Positions 1 to 12,208 of a DNA stretch of 64,000 nucleotides are shown in pieces. Below the pieces are notes generated by a model. That model saw only the letters and a list, made by a program, of their open reading frames with translations. It was not told the origin of the DNA and did no database searches. How positions within the stretch are numbered: the first letter of the stretch is position 1; every line of letters starts with the position of its first letter. Position numbers and translations under genes: made by a program. The stretch spans positions 7,200,001 to 7,264,000 of the forward strand of contig CM000151.3 of the NCBI GenBank assembly GCA_000004695.1. Direction: 5' to 3'. Source of the stretch: Dictyostelium discoideum. Taxonomy: Eukaryota.

Positions 1-278
1 ATGAAAACAATAAAAAAAAATAAAAAAAAAAATAAAAAAATAAAAAATAAAAAAAAAAAACAAAAAATAAATTTTTTTTTTGAAAAAATTAAAAACATAA
101 TGTTTTTTTAATTTGTTTTTTTTTTTTTTTTTTTTTTTTTTTTTCTCAAATAAAAATTTTTCCTTCATTTAAAAAAAAAATATTTTTTCCTACCAAATTG
201 GAAAAAATTATAATTTAAAAATAATAATAATTTTAATTTTTTAATTTTTAAATTTTTTTTTCAAATTTTTTTTTCACA

Positions 279-317
<39 letters not shown>

Positions 318-458
318 CATTTTTTATTTTGGATTTGATCGGTGGTGTAATATCTCATTCCCTTTATGTATTAATTATATATAAATATATATTAAAAAAC
401 ACACACAATATATATTTTTTTTTTTTCGCATTGGAAAAAAAAAAAAAAAAAAGAAAAA

Positions 459-657
459 ATGAATATTCAAAACGACAAAGAAAGACTCTTAAATGGGAGT
501 ATTGATGAAATAGAAATTATTACAACCGATAACAATGAAAATGATACAATTAGAAATGATGATATTCTTAAAAATTCTCAACTAAGAGAACAACAACAAC
601 ACCAACAAATTCAACAACAAATTCAACAACAAAAAAAAGAATCTAGTTTGTAAGTTT

Positions 658-729
<72 letters not shown>

Positions 730-1485
730 AAATTTTTTTTTTTTTTATTTAATATGTTAAATCTAAAATGTTAATCACAAAATTTTTTTTTTTTATTTTT
801 TTTTTTTTTAAATCTCTTATTTTCAATTTTTAAAGAAGTACTATTGCATCAGTAATTGCATTTTATTTCTTTATTTCAATTTCATTAGTATTTTTAAATA
901 AAATATTATTATCAGATTTTAAATTTGAATATCCATTATTCATAACATGGTATCAACAAATCATTTCATTTGTATCAATTTATATAATGACATCAATAAG
1001 TAAGAGTGTACCAGCATTATCATTTTTACCAGAATTTGAATTTAAATCAGCAACTGCATCAAAGGTGTTACCAGTAACTGCAGTTTTAACAGGTATGGTC
1101 ATTTTTAATAATCTTTGTTTAGAATATGTTGAAGTTTCTTTTTATCAAGTAGGTTTACTCTTTTTTTTATTTTTATTTTTTTATTTTATTTTTTTACTAA
1201 CACAATTATTAAATTTTAATAGGTAGCAAGATCTTTAACAATTTGTTTTTCACTCATTTTAACATATATTGTACTCAAAAGTAAGACATCATATAGAGCA
1301 ACAATGGCATGTTTAGTAGTATTCCTTGGATTTGTTTTAGGTAGTGCAGGTGAGGTTAATTTTTCATGGTTAGGTATTATCTTTGGTTTATTATCAAGTT
1401 TTTTCGTTGCTTTATATTCAATTGCAGTTAAAAGAGTGTTACCAGCTGTTGATGGTAATGAATGGTAAATATTCATACTTTATCT

Positions 1486-1551
<66 letters not shown>

Positions 1552-1989
1552 CACAAATACACACATACTAATGTTTTTTTTTTTTTTTTTTTTTTTTTTA
1601 TTATTAATATAATAATAATTATTTATAGGAGATTATCAATTTATAATACAGCAATTTCAATTGGTTTAATCTTCCCATTAATTTTAGTATCAGGTGAAGC
1701 CAATACAATTTTAGATGAACCATTATTATATTCAGGTACATTTTGGTTCTATATGACAGTTGCAGGTTTAATGGGTTATTTGATTAGTATCTCTGTTTTC
1801 ATGCAAATTAAACATACAAGTCCATTAACAAATACCATTTCAGGTACTGTTAAGGCTTGTGTACAAACTATTTTAGCAGTTGTTTTTTGGGGTAATCCAA
1901 TTTCAACTCAAAATGCTGTTGGTATTTTATTAGTAATCGGTGGTAGTTTTTGGTATTCAATGCAAAGATTCTTTGAAATGAAAAAATAA
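459..1989 (+). CDS. Nucleotide-sugar transporter of the SLC35/TPT family (GDP-fucose-transporter-like); 4 exons approx 459..649, 836..1148, 1223..1464, 1629..1989
   Basis: The spliced product reads ...NKILLSDFKFEYPLFITWYQQ...VLPVTAVLTGMVIFNN...SIAVKRVLPAVDGNEW/RLSIYNT...GILLVIGGSFWYS, typical of the triose-phosphate/nucleotide-sugar transporter fold. Donors are GTAAGT (650), GTAGGT (1149) and GTAAAT (1465). Introns are >90% AT, acceptors are AAAG/ATAG/ATAG, and the phases are consistent with the ORF-track frames (987.., 1462..1989). Confidence 0.8.
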
Positions 1990-2405
1990 TTTTTATAAAA
2001 TTAATATAATATAAATAAATCTAAAATAAATCTAAAATAAAATATAATTTTTGGAATTAAAATTTAAACAAAAAAAAAAAAAAACAATAAAAAAAAAATT
2101 CTGAAAATGGTTAAATATAATTATTTATTAAGGTATATTAAAATTTTTAAAACAAGTTCAAACAATGGATTATAAATAGATATGGAAATTTTTATTTTTT
2201 TATTTTAAATACTTCAAAAACAATAATTATGATATTCTTCAAGTTAATTTTTTTTGATTTTTATTTAACAAAATTTGGAAACTTTTTATTTTTAAACGAC
2301 ATATCTCAATGAAAATAAAAAAATTAAATTTAGTTTTTCACAACACCCTACCCAGAATGTAATTATCTTTCGTTTCTCGCTAAAATATTAAAAAAAATTT
2401 TTTGG

Positions 2406-2454
<49 letters not shown>

Positions 2455-2545
2455 CACAAAAATTATTTTTCATTTTTTTTTTATTTTTTTTTTATTTTTT
2501 TTTTTTCATAGTTTAATCACTTCTACCGAAAAAAAAAAAAAAAAG

Positions 2546-3503
2546 ATGTTTTTAATTAAACCATCATTAACAATTAAAAATAGTAAATTAATTTGTACAA
2601 TAAATAATAGAAACATTAATGGATTAATTAATATTACAAGATCATATTCAACAACAAATGATGTTGTTGTTGATGAAGATGAAGCTAAAGATAAGAAATC
2701 ACATAAACAAATGAGGAAAGAAGAAGAGATTAGAAAAGCAAAAGAACAAGAAGAGAATAAAGTTTATGGTGCATCAAGTTTAAGTTTAGTTTCATCAGCT
2801 GAAAAAGTTGAAACTAAAAAAGTTAATCAAAGAAGACTTTTAAAACCTAAAAACCCAAGAGAACCAAGAGAATTTCTTGCACATAAAAAATTTTTACCAC
2901 TTTCATTAACTGAACAACAACAAAAATTAAATATCAACAGGGAAGATTTAAAACAACAAATTGATTCAAATAAAATTAATAATATAGATACATTTGTTAT
3001 TGATCTTAGATCACCAAAAGAATTTTATGCTGATTTACCAATTAAAGTTAGTCAAAATATACCAAGTATGTTATTCTTACTTAATTAATGATATATATAT
3101 ATAATAGTAATAATAATTTCATTATTATATAAATATTAATATATTAATATTTTCATTTTTCATTTTTTTTTTTTTTTTTTTAGTGGAATATCCAAAAATT
3201 GTTAGAGAAATTAATACACATTCACAAAAAAGAGGTAAAAAAACAAAAGTTGCTGAAACTAAAAAAGTTTATGATGCAGATATGGAGTTAAACTTTTGGC
3301 AAAAGGCATTAAAATTAACATCACTTCAATGGAAAGAAAAATATGGTTTTGAAAAAGTAAAACCAACCGATAATATCATTTTTTATTCAGCAAATAATGG
3401 TAGAGGTTCCCAAGTTGCAGAAATGGCCCATAAATCTGGTTTTCCAAATGCCAAATTTTTATTAGGTGGTATTCGTCAATGGAATAAACATAATTCTCAA
3501 TAA
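2546..3503 (+). CDS. Rhodanese-domain protein, likely mitochondrial, with a non-canonical active-site loop; 2 exons approx 2546..3065, 3184..3503
   Basis: The ATG at 2546 sits in an AAAATG context after a poly(T) tract. The N-terminus (MFLIKPSLTIKNSKLICTINNRNINGLINITRSYSTT) looks like a presequence. Donor GTATGT is at 3066 and acceptor TTTTTAG at 3183. The C-terminal FVIDLRSPKEF...IIFYSANNGRGSQVAEMAHKSGFPNAKFLLGGIRQW matches the single-domain rhodanese / TSTD family. Confidence 0.65.
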
Positions 3504-3756
3504 ATTAATAAATAATAAATAAATAAGTAAAAAAAAAAACATATAAAATTAAATAAATAAAAAAAAAATAAAAAAATAAAAAAAAATTAAAAAAGATCGA
3601 TTAATTTAAGTTTTAAAAGAAAATATATAAAAGTTAAAAAAAAAAAAAAGTAATTTTAAAAATTATTTTATTTTTTATTTTATTTTATTTTTATATATAT
3701 AATATATAATTAAATTATTATATATTTTTTTTTTAATTTTTTATTATTATTATTAT

Positions 3757-4473
3757 TTATTTTGAAAAAGTATTTGAAATTAAATTATTAAATTGATCAA
3801 TTGGTATTGATTGAATATTTGATTGAGATAATGAATTGATTGAAGCTTCAGTGATAGTATTAAAAGTATTATTTGCAAGATTGGAAGCAGTGTTGGTAGC
3901 AACTTTTTCAATGACATGATTGATAATTTTCTCTGTAGGAATATTTGAAGCGATAGTATGTGGAATTGAAGAAGAGAGTGGACCAACGACAGAAGAGGTA
4001 CCAATATTACCATTGGCAGCATCGATAACACTTGAACCAACGGATTTAATTACGCTTGAGGCAGCATTGGTGGCGGCGGCAGCAGAGGTTGGAAGGGATA
4101 CGTTATTTAAAAGTTTAGCTAATTGATACCATTTTCTAACTTTAATGAAACCATAGATACCAACAACTGCAAGACAACACATAACAATACCATTACGAGT
4201 ATTACTTAATCTAACATCATTGAATAGGGTTAACAATGATTTTGCTTGTGGATTATGTTGATCGGTTGCAAGAATCTCTTGTAATGTTTGAATACCCTTT
4301 ACATTTTCACCTAATCTATAACAAGCGAATGAGTAACTATATCTATATAAATAACTATTTGGTTCAATCTCTCTTAATTTACCAAGGAATTTCAATCCTC
4401 TCTTTATATCAGCTCTACTACTACTATGTATTAAACTTTGAGCATATTGAAAAACTTGATCTTTTTGGTTGTT
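3757..4473 (-). CDS. Fis1 (mitochondrial fission 1) homologue: TPR-like core, one TM, then an unusually long Ser/Thr/Asn-rich C-terminal tail. The 5' end is unresolved: there is no in-frame ATG, and the frame opens right after a TGA at 4474-4476
   Basis: ...NNQKDQVFQYAQSLIHSSSRADIKRGLKFLGKLREIEPNSYLYRYSYSFACYRLGENVKGIQTLQEILATDQHNPQAKSLLTLFNDV..IVMCCLAVVGIYGFI aligns with human/yeast Fis1 (QFEYAWCLVRSKYNDDIRKGIVLLEELL...YVFYLAVGNYRLKEYEKALKYVRGLLQTEPQNNQA + TM). The ORF track begins at a TTG (4395). Upstream in frame there are 26 further Fis1-like codons back to a TGA. An acceptor AG is available at about 4461-4462. Confidence 0.6.
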   Translation of the reverse strand, partial: NNQKDQVFQYAQSLIHSSSRADIKRGLKFLGKLREIEPNSYLYRYSYSFACYRLGENVKGIQTLQEILATDQHNPQAKSLLTLFNDVRLSNTRNGIVMCCLAVVGIYGFIKVRKWYQLAKLLNNVSLPTSAAAATNAASSVIKSVGSSVIDAANGNIGTSSVVGPLSSSIPHTIASNIPTEKIINHVIEKVATNTASNLANNTFNTITEASINSLSQSNIQSIPIDQFNNLISNTFSK

Positions 4474-4661
4474 TCATAATTTTATCATCTTCATCTTCTT
4501 CAATTGAATTATTATTATTACCATTATTATTATTATTACCAAGATTACCTTTATAATCAATTTTAAAATATTTTAATTCTTCACGAATAATTTCTTCTGA
4601 AACATTTGGTGGTATAACAATTTTACCTTTTTTTTTTAAAGAAATAAATTAATATAAAATT

Positions 4662-4707
<46 letters not shown>

Positions 4708-4951
4708 TTTACTTACCAGTTCTATAATAATTTAAAATTACATCAAATGAAGCACCATTACGATCAAAAAAGTATTCACCTTTTTTATCTGGTTTTCTAA
4801 GGTGTCTATTATTTGGATGAAAGATATTACCAAGTAAAGTCTCTGGGTATTGTGCCAATGTTGATGGCATTACTTCATATTTTACACCTCCAACATTTAA
4901 AATAATTGGATCTTCATCATGGTTATCAATATCAATTGGATAAGATGACAT
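4424..4951 (-). CDS. KCTD-type BTB/T1 (potassium-channel tetramerisation) domain protein; 2 exons approx 4717..4951 and 4424..4626. Its last ~50 nt overlap the start of the Fis1 reading frame (+1 frame)
   Basis: MSSYPIDIDNHDEDPIILNVGGVKYEVMPSTLAQYPETLLGNIF...DKKGEYFFDRNGASFDVILNYYRTG|GKIVIPPNVSEEIIREELKYFKI is a textbook KCTD BTB fold. The donor is GTAAGT at 4716 and the acceptor follows a poly(A) intron (AAAAAG|GT) at 4627. The stop is TAG at 4424-4426. Confidence 0.6.
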
Positions 4952-5189
4952 TTATTTATTTATTTTATATAATATATATTTGTATCTAAATAGAATTTAT
5001 AAAATAAAAAAAAAAAGGAAAAAAAAAAAAAAATAAAATTTATAAAAAAAATAAAAAAAAAAAAAAATTAATTTGGGCGCAAATTTTTTTTTTTTTTTTT
5101 TTTTTCGTTGATTCTTATCTTAAAAATTAAAAAATTAAAAAATTAAAAAAAAAAACACAAACCACACCAACGAATATACTTATCACACG

Positions 5190-5259
5190 ATGATTAATAA
5201 TTTACTTAAAAGGTCAAAAATAAATAATATAATATATAATAATAAAAGATATTTTTGTA

Positions 5260-5307
<48 letters not shown>

Positions 5308-6560
5308 TAAATAATAATAATAAAAACAATAATATAAATATAGATTCCAATGATAATAAAGATAATAAAAATATAGTTGAAATTACAAATGAAAATGAAA
5401 CAATTAAATATAAAGTTATAATTAAAGAACCAATAATACCAAATCAAACTATATTTTCAAAGAGTTCATTAAAAAGTATAAATAAAGAATTTAATAAAAC
5501 CATTGAATTAGGTAAAGATATTGATAATGAGTCAAAAATCAAAGTGAAATCACCAATAAATCCATTTGAATATAGTATTGAAACTGTTACGGATGCATTA
5601 ACATTACCAGATTTAAAACCAGTTGGATTAGATAATACTTATGCCACTGGTGTAATGCACGAGAATTTAAAACAGTCAATGCCATATTTAATGAAACTAT
5701 CAGAGAATCCAAAAGAGATTGAAAATGCATTCTCACTATTTCAAGTAATGGAAAGATTTTATGTACCAATTGACGAACAATGCTATAAATTATTAAGAAA
5801 ACAAATTGAATCAGCAATCATTGAAATAGCAGCATTCAATGAAGCAATTAAACAAGAACAATTAAAACCAGGTTCAATGCCAGATGAAAGATTATATATT
5901 CCAACCGTACAAACTTTAAATACTCTCTTAAATTATTACACAGAAACTGATAAATTATCTGAAGCATTTCGTCTTTTCCTAACAATGAAAATGTTAGGTG
6001 TTCAACCAAATCAACATACTTATAGATCATTAATTAATGCTTCAATTCGTTATGAAGATATTGATGTTGCATTATTAGCATATGAAAATATGAGGTAATT
6101 TATTATATTTAAATAAATAAATATAATAATAATTATAATTTTTTTTACTAATCTTATTTGAATTTTTTTTTTTTTTTTTTTTTTTTTTAATAGATCTGAT
6201 GGTATTAAATTAGAAGTTCAATCATATGAAAGATTATTTGAATCATGTTGTAATACAGTACATTATGATGGTGCATCAGATTTATATAGAGAATTAGTTG
6301 ATAATTTTAAAGTTTCTGCAACCAATAGAATGGCATTATTAACAACATTAGGTACAACAAGATTAATGGATTGGCTTGGTGTACCAAAATCAACTAGATC
6401 TGGTAGAGGTTGGGTAACAAGTTTACAAGTTTCACCAACTCGTTATATTTTCCCACCAAAACATGACAATCATATTTTATTAGAACCAAAATTACCATCT
6501 TCAACTCTTAAATCATTATCTCAAAAATCAAATGGTGGTGGTCTTTTACCATTTTCTTAA
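5190..6560 (+). CDS. Pentatricopeptide-repeat (PPR) protein, probably mitochondrial RNA-binding; 2 exons approx 5190..6094, 6194..6560. Asn-rich N-terminus
   Basis: PPR-like helical repeats (TLNTLLNYYTETDKLSEAFRLFLTMKMLGVQPNQHTYRSLINASIRYEDIDVALLAYENMR|SDGIKLEVQSYERLFESCC...). The donor is AG|GTAATT at 6095 and the acceptor AATAG at 6193. Phase 2 is restored (AG+A=Arg), matching ORF-track frame 6330..6560. Confidence 0.7.
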
Positions 6561-6699
6561 CTTTTGAAAATAAAAAAAAAACAATAAAAAAAAAAAAATA
6601 CATATATACATAAAATAAATAAATAAAAATAAAAAGAAAGAAAAATATATGTAAACAAAATTATTTATTTATTTATTATTATTATTTATTATTTATTTA

Positions 6700-8489
6700 T
6701 TAAGTACTAGTACTACTACTAGTAATAAGACTACTTGAACTACTACCAATACCACTTGAATCAGGAATTACATATCTTAATTGAATATTATAAACATCCA
6801 TTAAATCATATAAAACAAATAATGAGAAAATGAAACGAGTACAAAAGTTTGAAATTGTTTCATTACGACCACGATTAGAGATATCAACTTTTAGGAACTT
6901 TCTTGAAGCAAAACGTAATCCTAAATCATAGGCAAATTCAAAACATAATAGATAAAGATATCTATAAAGTAATTGATGGAAATGGTCAGGTGATAAAGCA
7001 TGGAATGTTACATAATTTGCACTCTTCCAATCTAAAGCTCTTATTAATGATAAAAATGCTGCCATCGTAACAATTGATATATATTCTGCCATTTTATCAT
7101 AATAATATTCAATTGAAAGATTCATAATATGTTTATCATATGATGTATTCTGATCGGCCAAAAATGCCCTGGCAACTCTAAATATTAATGAAGTTGATGC
7201 ACGTTTATCCAAATAACTAATTAAAGTTGTATGTCTAAATAACCAAAACTTCTTTGTCATATGTAATGGATAATAAACAATATCAATTGCAAAAATTACA
7301 AAACTAATTAAAATTGTAATACTCCAACCTTTTTTTTAAATATTAAAAAAAAAAAAAAAAAAATTAATAAATAATTTATATATTTTTTATAACTATAAAT
7401 ATTTGAATAAACAAACTTACTATTTGTATTTAAAAATAAATTTCTATAATAAAGGAAAAACATTAATGGAAATTGGAATAATGTGAAATATCTAATTTCA
7501 CCAGGTTTTAATAAACGATTTAAACCATTTGAAATACCCATTAAAACGATACGACTTGCTTGAAAAACTACGATCGAAACTAAAGCTAAGAATGGTGTAC
7601 GGAAATAATCTTTTTCACGTACAAAACTTTCGAAGTTATGAAGCCAAAACCAAGTACCAATTACAAAGAGTTGATAGAGTACAACTGAAAGGAAATTACG
7701 ATATGATATTTCAAATTTTGGTACCAATGTATAGTTATCCAATGTAATGGTTTTAGTACGGGTTCTAAATGAATGATCTGATTGATTTCCAGTTTTTTGA
7801 TCAACTTTTAAATTCTCTTTAAATTGTGATGAACTAAGGAATGATTTTGATGATGCTCCAGTTGGTTTTTCATTACTACTTGATAAATCTTTAAACATGT
7901 TCATTTCCATACCTTCACCACCAACTTCGTCAGGTGTTGCGACAACATTTTCATTTGATGATGTTAAATCTCTACTGTCGTGGTTGTTGTTGTTGTTACT
8001 GTTGGATGTGGTTATAGTTGTAACTACATTACCCTCACTATCGGTTGTGGTTGATACTACTTCACTACTACGATTACTATGAGCGAAATTTAATTGTTTA
8101 ATATTATCGTCTTCATCCATATCAATGATTTTATAATAGCACATTATTTTTGATATTCTCTTTGTCCATGGTTTTGATTTTCTTTTGGTTCTTCTTTGAC
8201 CTTCTTGATCTACGATATTTTCATTTTCATCGATATAGTTCTTTCTAAGTTTATGGTATACCACATAGATGAAATAACAAACTGCACATAAAAGGAATGT
8301 AATACCATCAATGAATGAAAATGATAAACGATTATCTTGAACATTGATTTCTGTGACTACTTTTAACCATGCAATTGAAATACCAACAAATATACAAAAG
8401 AATAATGTAATCATCCATTTCGAACAACCTGGTAAATTTAAATCATAAAATGATATCCATGTAAAAAACATCACTATATAATAAACCAT
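6700..8489 (-). CDS. Multi-pass transmembrane protein of uncertain family: N-terminal TM block, Ser/Thr/Asn-rich central low-complexity region, C-terminal TM block; 2 exons approx 7421..8489 and 6700..7328
   Basis: ORF 7308..8489 and ORF 6700..7260 are joined by a 92-nt AT-rich intron (donor GTAAGT at 7420, acceptor AAAAAAG at 7329; phase 1, A+GT=Ser). The frame is open upstream of the M of the second ORF (…ITILISFVIFAIDIVYYPLH|MTKKFW). There are hydrophobic helices on both flanks. Confidence 0.55.
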
Positions 8490-8611
8490 AGATGTACCTG
8501 AAAATGCTAAATAGGTTCTAACTGGTAATAAAACCCATAATAAACATAATCTTTTTGGTATAATTAAAAGATGGGTAAAACAAAAAAAACTTTTAATGTA
8601 AAAATTTTAAA

Positions 8612-8675
<64 letters not shown>

Positions 8676-9067
8676 CACTTCTCTCTAACTTTTTTTTTTT
8701 TATTATTTTTAATTATTAATTATTATTCTTCTTTTCAAACCAGCACTAATTTTATTTTTTTTTTTTTTTTTTTTAATTGATTTTGGAATTTAATCAATTA
8801 TTACACTCGTTTTATTTATTTGCACTTTTTTTTTTTTTTTTTTTCAATATTCTATTATTATAATTTATTATTATTATTATTTAATATTTTATAAATTTTA
8901 TATTTGTTTTATATTTTATATTAATTTATATTTATTTGAAATATTGATTTATTAATGTTGTGATTATTATTTTTTTTTATTTTTTTTTATTTTTTTTATT
9001 CTTTTTATAGGTTATAAGTGCAATAATTGATCCCAAAAATTAAAAAAAGAAAAAAAAAGCTTTTTTT

Positions 9068-9100
<33 letters not shown>

Positions 9101-10163
9101 ATGTAGATTTTTTTGATTTTGCAGACTTTCAGGTTGATTTTAATGTGGAAAATATAAATTTATAAAAATAAATATAATGAAAATGCAAAAAAAAAAAAAA
9201 AAAAAAAAATTAAACTAATCAAAAAACTATTTAAAAAAAAAAACAAAAAAAAAATAATGGAAATAAAAAGAAAAAAAAAAAAATACCTAAAAATACAGTT
9301 ACCAAATATTTTTTTATTTTTTTTTTTATTTTTTTTTCTTTTTTTAAATTTCGTACAACAGTTCTTTAAGGCATATGTAACGGTTTTGTTAAAATATTTT
9401 TTTTTTATTTTTTATTTTTTTTTATTTTTTTTTTTTTCTTTTTTATTTTTTTTTTTTTGGATTAAAAATATCTTTTTTTTTTTTTATTTTTTAATTTTTT
9501 TAATTTTTTTTTTTTTCAAAACAACGTGTTATTTCAATGGTTTCTTGATGCGACATCACTTGTTTTTTTTTTTTAGTTTTTATTGATTATGGGTCCAAAT
9601 CGGAACTTCTTCATTTTTTGTTTTATTTTAATTTTTTTTATTTTTTATTTTTTTTATTTTTTAAAATTATTTTTTAAAATACATTGATTTCATTATTTTA
9701 TTATTTTCATATTTATGAAATCATTTTCAAACCTGGGTTAAAAATAAAAATAAAAATAAAAAAAATGAAGAATTAAAAAATTATATTGAAGTTCAATTTT
9801 TTTTCACAAAATCTGGATATTATTCACTTATTTTATTTTTTTTATTTTCCCTTTTTTATTTTTATTTTTTTTAAAATTTTGTTATAAAAAAAAAAAAAAA
9901 AAGTCATATGACATCCTTACAGATCTCTTTTTATTTTTTTTTATAAAATTTTTTAAAATTTTTAATTTTTTTCGTTTTGTTTTTTTTTTTTTTTTTTTTT
10001 CTTTTTTTTTCTTTTTCAAAATTACACGCACTGGGGAAAAAGAATAGGCTTTTACTCAAATAAAAAAAAAAAAATCAATAAATAATTTATATAATAATAA
10101 AAAAAAAAAAAAAAAATATAACCAGGTGGTGTTTTTTTTTATTTTTTTTCTTCTTCAAATAAT

Positions 10164-10650
10164 ATGAATGTAGTTTTATCAAAAAGTGCACTTGAAAATG
10201 TATCAAAACACAAATATTCTGGCATTGATGATTCAATTCTAGCAAAATTAATTTTACAAAAATATTGGAACTTTTGTTTAAAATTTGTTCCATTAAATAT
10301 AGCACCATATCTTGTAATTATTATATATACATAAAAAAAAAAAAAAAAAAAAAAATATAAAACATAAAACTAATTCTTATCCTTTTTGTTAACAAAATAT
10401 ATATAACAAAAATAAAAGATTACATTAACAGGTACAATTACAATTTTATTATCATTTTTTATAGTTGGATACTATTCACCATATTTAGAAGGTACATTAC
10501 CAAGATGGGTGTATGCAATGAGTGGTTTGACATTATTCTTTTATCAAACCATGGATAATTTAGACGGAAAACAAGCAAGAAGAACTGGTTCAAGTTCACC
10601 ATTAGGTCAATTATTTGATCATGGTTGTGATTCAATTGTTTGCACAGTAA

Positions 10651-10682
<32 letters not shown>

Positions 10683-10731
10683 AAATGAGAATGAAAAAAA
10701 AGAATTATAAAATAACTAATAACTACATTCA

Positions 10732-10808
<77 letters not shown>

Positions 10809-11743
10809 AGTTACAATCATTAATTGTTGCAAGTGTTGCAAATTATGGAGTTGGATATATATCATTAATTCAATTATTTATTACAGCATTATTACCATTT
10901 TGGATGGCAACATGGGAAGAATATCATACTGGTGTATTACATCTTGGTCCTATCAACGGACCAGATGAAGGTATTATTATTATTGTTTGTGCATTATTGA
11001 GCACAGCTATATTTGGCAACGCATTTTGGACATTTAAACCATTTGTAGCATCATCACAACTCTTACCATCAATCATCCAACAATGGTTACCAACATTCAT
11101 TCAACAATTGATGCTCAATGAAATCATTGTAGCTTCATTATCATTACCATGTTTAATCACTTGTTTCTTTAATATTAAAAATGTAGTTCAACATTTACAA
11201 GCAAAACAAAAACCAATCTTACCAGCATTAAAACATATTCTAGTTTGGGTTATCATCACTGTCTCTTCTTTTATTTGGTATTATACTTCAACAAATTTAT
11301 TACCATTATCTTCAATTTGGTTTAATAATATTAGAACTGTTCAATTTTCGATTGGTATAATTTTTGGTGAATTAGTTGTAAGTTTATTATTTATTATTAT
11401 AATATCATTATTTATTTTAGATATTAATAATAATTTTTTTATTTTTATTATTATTATTATTATTATTTATTATTTATACTTTATAAAGAGTCGTTTAATT
11501 TTAGCTCATATGTGTCATGAAAAATATAATATAATTCAAGCACCATTATATCCATTAATTTTATCAACATTTTGTTCAACAATTAATTATTTTAATGGTA
11601 CCATAATAATTCCAGAGAATTTATTATTAATTTTATTCACTGTAACCTCATTTGTTCATTACTCTTTATTTGTAAAGAGTACAATTAGTCAATTATGTTC
11701 TTATTTAAATATAAAATGTTTTACAATTACAAAGAAACATTAA
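10164..11743 (+). CDS. Choline/ethanolamine phosphotransferase (CDP-alcohol phosphotransferase, CEPT1/CPT1-like); 4 exons approx 10164..10313, 10419..10646, 10811..11377, 11489..11743
   Basis: [50 protein letters not shown]|[14 protein letters not shown]...[32 protein letters not shown]|LQSLIVASV...|[13 protein letters not shown]... aligns along its length with human CEPT1, including the DG(x)2AR(x)8G(x)3D(x)3D motif. Donors are GTAATT, GTAAGT, GTAAGT. Phases check against ORF track 10685..11743. Confidence 0.8.
10735..10806. repeat. (ATT)n microsatellite, ~25 units, inside intron 2 of the CEPT gene
   Basis: Perfect ATT trinucleotide run. It reads as poly-Leu in the ORF track but lies between donor GTAAGT (10647) and acceptor AAG (10810). 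Confidence 0.8.
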
Positions 11744-12208
11744 AAAAAAAAAATAATAATAATAATTAAAATAATTTTAAAATCTTAAAATAAAAAAAAA
11801 TAAAAAAAAAGTTTATTTAATAATAAATAATTAATAAATTGAATTTAATTGATCAACTTTTTTTTTTTTTTTTTTTTATCTTTTATATATATATTTTAAT
11901 TAAATAATTGAAATAATAGAAATATTATCTTTTATTGGTTGTTGAGTTATAAATAATAATAATTACAAATTAGATAATCACTATGTTTTTTGAAATTTTT
12001 ACAACTTTATTTTTACTTTTTTTTTTTCTTTTTTTTTTTTTATTTTTTATTTTTTTTTTTATTTATTATAATAAAAGGACACAAACAAAGAAAAATGTTT
12101 AGAAAAAAAAAAATTGATTATAAAAAAAAAAGATCCAAGAAAAAAAAAAAAAAAAAAAAAGAAAACTCTATCCAATTGATATTTTAAAATAGTTGAATGG
12201 GCTAACAA

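Noticed and set aside
4548-4626. Idea that the GKIVIPPNVSEEIIREELKYFKI segment is the missing N-terminal helix of Fis1
   Set aside because: The segment fits the C-terminal half of a KCTD BTB/T1 fold (…RTGK-L/I-x-P-x-x-S-x-E-x-L-x-EE-x-x-FY-x-I) far better than Fis1 helix alpha-1, and it is contiguous with an unmistakable BTB N-terminal exon.
8571-9586. ORF-track entries 8571..8780 and 9257..9586 (poly-Phe/Lys proteins), and similar ones at 11990..12187, 14442..14657, 16358..16610, 18244..18447, 18848..19081, 22683..22913, 30638..31192, 31695..32089, 35376..35836 (parts), 44238..44666, 45548..46197, 55686..55874, 59682..59936
   Set aside because: They are translations of poly(T)/poly(A) and simple AT microsatellite intergenic DNA (FFFFF/KKKKK/IIIII/LLLLL runs). 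They have no start context, no complexity and no codon-usage signal.
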